Assembly: GCA_002220235.1 (NCBI GenBank) | Contig: FO082266.1 | Length of the DNA stretch: 32,000 nt | From: Bathycoccus prasinos | Lineage: Eukaryota | Direction: 5' to 3' (one strand) | Shown here: piece after piece, positions 15,453 through 22,139 of the stretch | Numbering within the stretch: position 1 is the stretch's first letter | Layout of the letters: every line of letters begins with the position of its first letter | Program-made: the position numbers and the translations under genes | Notes under the pieces: generated by a model | Database searches by the model: none | The model's input: the letters and a program-made list of their open reading frames with translations, nothing else | What the model was told of the DNA's origin: nothing

Positions 15453-17384
15453 TTATAACTTGTGCAACTCTAATCGCGCGGATTCCGCGAAGTTTTCACC
15501 GGAAGAAGAACTTATTTTACAGAACGTTCCGGCGTTCACGCCTCGGCAAACTTTCCCCGGGTTGACAAACATCGTCTTGTTTCCGCTCAACGCGTTTTTC
15601 CATCCGCCGGCGGCTAAATCCGAAGTCAAAACGATTAAATCCGGAACGCGTTCGTCCATGCCCACTCTCAGCGGTACCGTCGCGTCGTGCGATTCAAACT
15701 TTGCATCTGGGTGCGGCGGAAATAACGGGTACATGGACATTTGACCAACCATGTGCGAACACAAACGCGTCATGCGATCGGTTTGTTGTTGTTCAGTACT
15801 CGTTTTACCTTTCCCGCCGCGTTCGAAACCGGACAAGTGCTTCAAAATGTCGCACGTGGACACCGCCACGCGAATACCGTTGACTTCAAACGCCGACGGG
15901 TTCGCTACAAAGTGAACGTTCTTGCATTTCGACGTTTCAAAAAACGGCGGTTGCGGAAACGCGCAGTATCTATGAAAGGCGTCCTTGACGCTTGGCACTA
16001 AAACGACGTGTTTGTTCGGGTATTGCTTTGCAAACGCTTCAACCTTCTTCATCACGATCTGCTCAAACGCTTGCTTATACGTGATGTTGCTCGTCAACGC
16101 GTGATTGATATTCTCGTCGGAGACAAACGGACCCATGAGAAGAACGATGGATGGATTTTTTGACGACGCTTCGTGCAAGACGTCGTCTAAAGGTTCGTAC
16201 ATCAAGTCGTCGTTGGCAGTGAACGGACCAGAGAAGAGTAACATTTCAGTTTTTTGAATTTGTTGGTGTTGTTCTTGTTTTATTTGTTTGAAATAATAGC
16301 AATCAATCTCCTTCGCGACGAAGCAGTACCCGGTTGGATTCGCGCCGACGCACTTGACAATCTGTCCAGGAAACAAAGAGTACTCGTTTTCGACGGAGCG
16401 TAACTCCAACTTCACGCGCGAACCGTCCGAGGATTCGAGTTGTAATTCTTGCCTGTCCGAGGAGTCGCAGCATACGCGACCTATTATTTGTCCTTTTTGT
16501 TCTTCTTCTTCTTCTTGCTCTTCTTCTTCTTTTAATTCTTTAAACTTGTTCTTCAATAAAGCCACTTTATCTTCGATGCGGTCTCTCATGAATAATGTTG
16601 AATGAGGAGAAGAAGAAGAAGTTTGAATTTTCAAAGTAATCTCTTTTTCTGCGTTTGACGACGACGATGACTTAAAAGAAGAACCTTCGAATATCGTCTT
16701 CACCAATTCAGACGATGATGTTTTCTTTTTCGCTTTGCGATACGACCCGGGCGTTTTCATTTCCACAGAAAACGCCGACGGTAAGTTCATACTGTTGTTG
16801 TTCTCCGTCGTCTCCTTGAACGGCGTCTTAAGAAGAGGTTCTTCTTCCGCCGCCGAAACTTCTTTTACTTCCATCTTCCCGTCGACGTCTTCGTCGTGCA
16901 TCTCCAAGTGTTCCCCCATCGTCATCAATCTCGCTTTCTTTTGCGCCTGCTTTTCGAATTTGCTCAGCTTTTTCTTCTTTTGATTCTTTGATTTCGAACC
17001 GACGACGCCTGCGCGCGTAATCTCATCCTTTTGCACCAAAATCACATCCTTCAAAATATACTCTCGAAAGCTTTCGATGTTCTCCGCGTTCGGTATCGAT
17101 TTCACGTCGTCTTTGATGTTCGCGTTGTTCGACGCGAACGCTTCCCACGCGATGACAAATTTCGACGGATTTGTTGAAGTATCATCGTCCTCCTTATCAG
17201 AAGAAGCGAGTCGTCGGTAGAGAGAAAGGAGTTCTTCTCGTATCGCGCCGTTCACGTTTGAAAGATTGGGAAATCCATCCTCCCGAAAGGCGGAGACGAT
17301 GTCGTTCCATAGTTTCGTTGAATCTTTTTCATTCTTTTCATCATCAGGAGGAGGAGATACTAAAGCGTTTGAACTCATCGTCAT
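15453..17384 (-). CDS. POLA2: DNA polymerase alpha subunit B (p70 accessory subunit)
   Basis: ORF 15453..17387 starts at GTG; the ATG is at 17384. It has an N-terminal Pol-alpha-B-type domain, an OB-fold region (RVKLELRSVENEYSLFPGQIVKCVGANPTGYCFVAKEI), and an inactive phosphoesterase region (LLFSGPFTANDDLMYEPLDDVL..PSIVLLMGPFVS..HVVLVPSVKDAFH..VHFVANPSAFEVNGIRV). Confidence 0.85.
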   Translation of the reverse strand: MTMSSNALVSPPPDDEKNEKDSTKLWNDIVSAFREDGFPNLSNVNGAIREELLSLYRRLASSDKEDDDTSTNPSKFVIAWEAFASNNANIKDDVKSIPNAENIESFREYILKDVILVQKDEITRAGVVGSKSKNQKKKKLSKFEKQAQKKARLMTMGEHLEMHDEDVDGKMEVKEVSAAEEEPLLKTPFKETTENNNSMNLPSAFSVEMKTPGSYRKAKKKTSSSELVKTIFEGSSFKSSSSSNAEKEITLKIQTSSSSPHSTLFMRDRIEDKVALLKNKFKELKEEEEQEEEEEQKGQIIGRVCCDSSDRQELQLESSDGSRVKLELRSVENEYSLFPGQIVKCVGANPTGYCFVAKEIDCYYFKQIKQEQHQQIQKTEMLLFSGPFTANDDLMYEPLDDVLHEASSKNPSIVLLMGPFVSDENINHALTSNITYKQAFEQIVMKKVEAFAKQYPNKHVVLVPSVKDAFHRYCAFPQPPFFETSKCKNVHFVANPSAFEVNGIRVAVSTCDILKHLSGFERGGKGKTSTEQQQTDRMTRLCSHMVGQMSMYPLFPPHPDAKFESHDATVPLRVGMDERVPDLIVLTSDLAAGGWKNALSGNKTMFVNPGKVCRGVNAGTFCKISSSSGENFAESARLELHKL

Positions 17385-17514
17385 CACGGATCGTCTTTAT
17401 TATTACGTTTCTTAAAAGTTGCGCGTTTATGCGGACACTACCGAGCGCGACTGCGCGACTCTTCAAAGCGATGAAAAACGAACGAAAATTTTCAAAATTC
17501 AAAAACGAAAAAAG

Positions 17515-17522
17515 ACCCTAAA
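17515..17522. promoter_or_regulatory. Telo-box-like ACCCTAAA motif
   Basis: It lies 131 nt upstream of the POLA2 ATG (minus strand) and 83 nt upstream of tRNA-Glu. Confidence 0.35.
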
Positions 17523-17604
17523 CAAATAAACTGTATAAGTCTTAATACCGAGAAAAAAGCGTAACACACGCGAGGAAACTCGCGTCGTACCATTTCCGAA
17601 TGGG

Positions 17605-17692
17605 TTCGCTGTGGTGTAGGTGGTTATCATGTCCGGCTTTCAAGTGAAAGTAATGACCCCGGTCGACCAGGGTTCGAGTCCCTGCGGCGAAA
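17605..17692 (+). tRNA. tRNA-Glu (anticodon UUC) with a 15-nt intron (17643..17657) after position 37
   Basis: Acceptor TTCGCTG/CGGCGAA (U1-A72, as in eukaryotic tRNA-Glu). D region TG-GTG-TAGGTGGTTA-TCA-T, of the Glu type. Anticodon stem TCCGG/CCGGT, loop CT-TTC-A^AGTGAAAGTAATGAC^C. Variable loop CGAC. T arm CAGGG-TTCGAGT-CCCTG. Discriminator A. The mature length is 73 nt. A T8 run lies 9 nt downstream. Confidence 0.85.
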
Positions 17693-17701
17693 CGTCGTCT
17701 C

Positions 17702-17709
17702 TTTTTTTT
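17702..17709 (+). terminator. Pol III oligo-T terminator of tRNA-Glu
   Basis: T8 run, 9 nt downstream of the discriminator base. Confidence 0.7.
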
Positions 17710-17916
17710 GCGCATCGCACGCGTCAACGCGTGAGAGCGCGCTTTTGTGTCGTGTTCGCGTCGTGCGAGTAATGATACATGGCGGAAAAACTTTTTTTTT
17801 TTGCTCCTTTTTGACAAGACACGAGAACAACCAAACCGAATGTGTACAATACCTCCTCGACACTAAATGTCCATTACCATCGGGTTGGCGATGCGAACAC
17901 GGGGAGTTACACGTGC

Positions 17917-17957
17917 CAGAATCAGAAACAGAATCAGAAACAGAATACGAATCAGAG
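17917..17957. repeat. 12-nt tandem repeat CAGAATCAGAAA (2 perfect plus ~1.5 degenerate copies) in the ZNF706-like 3' flank
   Basis: Read directly. Confidence 0.85.
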
Positions 17958-18104
17958 TAATCATTTGTACGCGGATGGATTTTTGTTTTATTACAACAAC
18001 AAAGAGAGACAAGACAACAAACAAAAGCTTGACGTATAAAATCTACTACGAGTAGAAATAAAGGTAATTGTAAATAAATACGCCGCATCACATACACTCA
18101 ACAA

Positions 18105-18326
18105 TCACCCCCCTCCGATGCACTCCGCAGGCATTGCCACTTTCGGATGTTTGCTCTCGAAATGTTCCTTCATCTGCTTCGCGTTCTTCATCAACGCCAT
18201 GCACACGTGACACTTCAAAACTAAAGACTCGTTCGATTTCCCGAGCGAAGATTTCGCGCTCGTTTTCTCCGCCTGTTTCTTCGCGTTCTTTTCCTGAGCT
18301 TTCGCTTTCGCGTTGCCTCTCACCAT
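18105..18326 (-). CDS. ZNF706-like small protein (4F5/SERF-type basic N-terminus plus one C2H2 zinc finger)
   Basis: MVRGNAKAKAQEKNAKKQAEK...LKCHVCMALMKNAKQMKEHFESKHPK parallels human ZNF706 (MARGQQKIQSQQKNAKKQ...CTVCRTQMPDPKTFKQHFESKHPK). Confidence 0.8.
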   Translation of the reverse strand: MVRGNAKAKAQEKNAKKQAEKTSAKSSLGKSNESLVLKCHVCMALMKNAKQMKEHFESKHPKVAMPAECIGGG

Positions 18327-18440
18327 TTTCTATATGTTATTCGTATCGTGTCACGTGAAAACGTTTCGTTTCGGTCTGAATGTATCACATATATGAATAC
18401 ACAAACAAACAAACAAACGTGTGCTGAAAAGTGCAGATTT

Positions 18441-18453
18441 TTTCCCGCCAAAA
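18441..18453. promoter_or_regulatory. E2F-type site TTTCCCGCCAAAA
   Basis: It matches the TTTSSCGC core plus the CAAA extension seen in classical E2F sites (DHFR TTTCGCGCCAAA). It lies 45 nt upstream of the WAPL ATG and 115 nt upstream of the divergent ZNF706-like ATG. Confidence 0.4.
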
Positions 18454-18497
18454 TTGTTCTCCATTGTAATGGAGCACAAAAGAGTTGTGTTTATTAA

Positions 18498-21400
18498 ATG
18501 AATAACAACAACACCAAAAACAAAAGGTTCGCTCGGAAACCGAGACGAACGAGTGCTGCTGCGACTGCGACTGCTGCGCCTGTTTCCTCTGAAGGTGGTG
18601 TCGTTCTCGAAGAAGAGAAGGAGGAGAAGAATGATGTTGACGACGATGATGAAATCATCATCATCGAAGAATCTTTAAAGAATAATAATAAGAAGAAGCA
18701 TTCAAAGACACCGTCAAAAACGACAACGACAACATCAACGAAAAGGAAGAAGAACGATACTACCGATAATAAGAAAAGCAGTGATAAAAATGATCCGTAT
18801 TCGTTCGAAAACGCGAAAGAGTTGTTCGGAAAAGTGGACGAGGAAATTTTGGTCGAGGATGATGATGATGAAGAAGAAGAAGACGTGGATGCGCAAGCGG
18901 AGAAGTATTTCGTGGCGAATAGAGTCGCGCTGTTCGGGAAAGCGCTGATGATACAAAAGAGTAACATTAATAAGAAGAGTAAAGAAGAAGAAGTAAAAGA
19001 AGTAAAAGAAGTAAAAGAAGAAGAAGACTCCATAAAAGAACCGACGACGAAACTCGTCAACAACAAAAACCGCCGAGTATCGTTCGCGATGGACCAAGAA
19101 GAAGTTAAAGAAGAAGAAGTTAAAGAAGAAGAAGTAAAAGAAGTAAATAAAGAAGAAGATAAAAATGAAGTCTTATTCGACGATGCGTTAGCGACGGAGA
19201 TTAAACTCACTCCAGAGAAACCGATTCAATTCAAGAGGCAGAAAACGCCCTCGCCGGTGAAGCAAATTATTATTACCAAAGCGGTGCAATCGAGCGACCC
19301 ACAAACGCATTTGCAGGTGTTGGAAAAGTACGGCGGCGGTAACGGAATCAACAACATAATAAAAAACAACTTTCAAGAGGAAGAGCACAGAACGTTAGCG
19401 TCGACGTTATGGCTTTTGAAAAATATCGCCTCAAACACGCAATACAGACGAAGGCTTTCGCGAGAACGACCGCACTTTGCGACGTCCATGTTTACGGCGG
19501 CTTTGAAAATAGCCGGAAAATCCGCCACGGACGCCAAGTTACGATTAGCCGCCATCGCTTTGGCGTATCTCTTTTCTTTGGAAATCAAAACGTTTTCGAG
19601 AGTGTTGGACTCGATGGATATCGCGTTGGGCGTCGCCGCGTGCGTAGACGAGGCAAACTTTTTTACAGAAGAAGAAGAAGAAAAGAAAGAAGAAATAATG
19701 GTAGTAATAGAAGACGACACCAACGATATCGATGGTGATGTCGAGAAAGCAGTGGAAACGTCGTTGAGCGCTTTAAAATTTCTCCCAAGCGAAAAGAGCG
19801 CGTGCACAAAAAACATAGCTTTATTATTAGCGTTCAGGGCGTTGCAATGGGGAAGCGAAGAGGAAGAAGAAAAAGAACGAAGAGAAGGTGGTAAACAACC
19901 ACCAACGACCACCACCAACAACGACACGACATCTCGCGCGTTACGGACGCGCCTTTCTAGATCCGGGTTCATAACTTCTGTCGCGAAACTCGCCAACGAA
20001 AGTTGCAAAGACTTGGTTCAAAGCTTGCATTCGAGCAAAATAAAGAGTAAAAAAGGTGAAGATAAAGAAGAAGGAGAAGAGATGAAAGTAAAGGCGAGAA
20101 AAGCGTGCGCGAGATTGTTTCGATGCGCTCGAGTCATCGAGGCGGCGACGTATACGAGCCCAGAGACGGTGACGACGCTAGCGTCTTCAAATTTACCGGT
20201 TTGGGAATCTTTCTCTTCTTCTTCTTCTTTCATCAGCGATGAAGATAAAAGTAAAGATGTTGAAGACGACGCGTTCGGAGAGCCTTCTCCAACGATCAAC
20301 AACGCCTCCTCGTCCACTTCTTCTTTTTCTGTGCTGAAACTCGCTGATGTTTCTTTGCTCGCGATAGAAGAAGAAGAAGAAGAAGAAGAGGTTGATGTTG
20401 ACGATGGTAGAAAAATGGTCACCGCTACTGCGACGAATCCAACAACAACAACAGCAGCAATTTCGACGCCGCCGAGACCTATCCCAGGAAGTAACAGATT
20501 CGAAGATAACGACGACGACAACAACACGAACAACAATAGTTTCCTTCAGATTGGTTCTCCGGCGACGGTTGGCGCGTCGCCGGTTTTCGGTCAAATGGCG
20601 AAATCTCCCGGAGCAGCCTTGGATTCTTGGCTCGCAAAGTCTCCCAAAGACGGAGACGTGGACATGTCTCCGAAACCAAGAGGAAGAGGAGGAGGAGAAA
20701 AAGGTATAAAAAACAACCACAACGATAACAACATCAACAACAACAGCAAAAAGAACAACTGGTCTTTAGCGAGGTGTTTGATCGAAACGCTCCCCGCGCT
20801 GACGCTTTTAACCAGTCGATCGATGCGTCCACGAGCAAAGGCTTTACACGGCATTCAAACCTCCGAGTATTTAAACCCAAATATCGACGCGCGACTATCC
20901 TTGGCTACGTTAAAAGCGTGCGTGTTCGCACTGACAAACTCGACGAACGAAAACACGGTCGGAGCAAAAGCGGCGGCTTCGCGAGACGGATTACACGGCA
21001 TCATCGCCGCAGTCGCGTACTTTTCAGCCATGCGCGGGTGCGCTTTATACGGTGAATTTGCCGGATTCGTTCCTAAAAAGGACAACATGGAAGGTACCGT
21101 TCCAGACGCGTATAAAGAAGCCGCGACAGAGTTGCTTCACGCGTGCATGTGTTTGTTGGTGAACATCACGGAGGCGAACCCTCGAGTGAAGCAAGAACTG
21201 TTACAACTCCAACTCGATTGCTCGCCGTTCGGTACCGGAAAAGCCGAAGACTTTAAGAAGAAGAAGAAGAAGAAGAAGACGAGTAACAACGGAAAGAAGG
21301 TTTTGGACGACGACGACGAGAAATCGGCATCGCCGCTCGTCCCGTTTCCAACTGTCCTCGCGCGCATTTTCACGCACGCCGGCGGCGCCAAGATGCACCG

Positions 21401-21860
21401 GGTAGAAGACGACGACGACGAGGATGATGGAGATGATGATGATCAAAACCAAGACGACGACGGCGACGACGAAGACGACGAAGTCACCGTGGAAATGCTC
21501 GACGACGACGACGACGCCACCGCGAACGCCGCCGTCGACCCGTCCTACGGCGAAGACCTCATCACTCAAGCGTACTCCTCGCTCCTCCTCGCCTTCCTGG
21601 TCGAAAACGACCGAGAGGCGTTGCGTCGAACCGCCGACCAAGCCTTACCAAAAGGAGGAGGGAAAAGAAAGAGAAACGGAAACACTCGCGTCGGCGGCGC
21701 AAACGGCGAAAGCGTTGGTGGTACAAAAAACGGCGTCCAAGCGATGGTGGATACGTTGGAAAGGTTCCACGCTTTTCACGATACGCTGGACGCCATGTCC
21801 GCGAGCAGTTCCGAGAGCTTAAAACGCGTCGTCGAGTGGTTAAAGTCCACCCTCGTTTGA
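18498..21860 (+). CDS. WAPL: WAPL (wings apart-like) cohesin-release factor homologue
   Basis: The 1120-aa ORF has a long K/E/D-rich low-complexity N-terminal half. The C-terminal HEAT-like region reads TLWLLKNIASNTQYRRRL.., ELLHACMCLLVNITEANPRVKQELL, then an acidic insert, then DLITQAYSSLLLAFLVENDREALRRTADQALPKGG...MVDTLERFHAFHDTLD...SLKRVVEWLKS. This mirrors the human WAPL C-terminus (..[58 protein letters not shown]). Confidence 0.75.
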   Translation: MNNNNTKNKRFARKPRRTSAAATATAAPVSSEGGVVLEEEKEEKNDVDDDDEIIIIEESLKNNNKKKHSKTPSKTTTTTSTKRKKNDTTDNKKSSDKNDPYSFENAKELFGKVDEEILVEDDDDEEEEDVDAQAEKYFVANRVALFGKALMIQKSNINKKSKEEEVKEVKEVKEEEDSIKEPTTKLVNNKNRRVSFAMDQEEVKEEEVKEEEVKEVNKEEDKNEVLFDDALATEIKLTPEKPIQFKRQKTPSPVKQIIITKAVQSSDPQTHLQVLEKYGGGNGINNIIKNNFQEEEHRTLASTLWLLKNIASNTQYRRRLSRERPHFATSMFTAALKIAGKSATDAKLRLAAIALAYLFSLEIKTFSRVLDSMDIALGVAACVDEANFFTEEEEEKKEEIMVVIEDDTNDIDGDVEKAVETSLSALKFLPSEKSACTKNIALLLAFRALQWGSEEEEEKERREGGKQPPTTTTNNDTTSRALRTRLSRSGFITSVAKLANESCKDLVQSLHSSKIKSKKGEDKEEGEEMKVKARKACARLFRCARVIEAATYTSPETVTTLASSNLPVWESFSSSSSFISDEDKSKDVEDDAFGEPSPTINNASSSTSSFSVLKLADVSLLAIEEEEEEEEVDVDDGRKMVTATATNPTTTTAAISTPPRPIPGSNRFEDNDDDNNTNNNSFLQIGSPATVGASPVFGQMAKSPGAALDSWLAKSPKDGDVDMSPKPRGRGGGEKGIKNNHNDNNINNNSKKNNWSLARCLIETLPALTLLTSRSMRPRAKALHGIQTSEYLNPNIDARLSLATLKACVFALTNSTNENTVGAKAAASRDGLHGIIAAVAYFSAMRGCALYGEFAGFVPKKDNMEGTVPDAYKEAATELLHACMCLLVNITEANPRVKQELLQLQLDCSPFGTGKAEDFKKKKKKKKTSNNGKKVLDDDDEKSASPLVPFPTVLARIFTHAGGAKMHRVEDDDDEDDGDDDDQNQDDDGDDEDDEVTVEMLDDDDDATANAAVDPSYGEDLITQAYSSLLLAFLVENDREALRRTADQALPKGGGKRKRNGNTRVGGANGESVGGTKNGVQAMVDTLERFHAFHDTLDAMSASSSESLKRVVEWLKSTLV

Positions 21861-22139
21861 GAATGCGTGCGTATTCTGAACGAATCGCATCAGCTCGAGA
21901 TAGATAGATAGATAGAGAAAGAGTTTTTAGAATACATACTACGCGCGGCGCGTGCGCAACGCAACTTAAATACAGCGCAAATTTGCACCTCTCCTTTTCG
22001 TATCTTTTTTGCTTTTTTGCTCCAAAAAGGATAGACATTTCACTCCACTCTTTCGTTGGATATTCTCAATTGACGTAATCAATTGCCTTTGAAACATCAT
22101 GCGCGAACAGTAAGAAAACTCTCACACATAAACGCTTCG

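Noticed and set aside
17718-17733. CACGCGT-CA-ACGCGTG: two MluI-box (ACGCGT) copies forming a 16-nt palindrome downstream of tRNA-Glu. A T11 run at 17792..17802 could suggest another Pol III unit.
   Set aside because: ACGCGT is frequent here, with about 8 expected and many copies in coding DNA. The intervening 80 nt contains an internal T4 and no A/B boxes or recognisable ncRNA motif. The position, on the far side of the tRNA from POLA2, argues against a promoter role.
22067-22085. Palindrome CAATTGA-CGTAA-TCAATTG with a TGACGT (bZIP/CRE-like) core, 55 nt upstream of the DGD1 ATG.
   Set aside because: 7-bp arms with a short spacer are expected about 20 times by chance, and there is no second copy in other promoters here. 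Kept only as a note.
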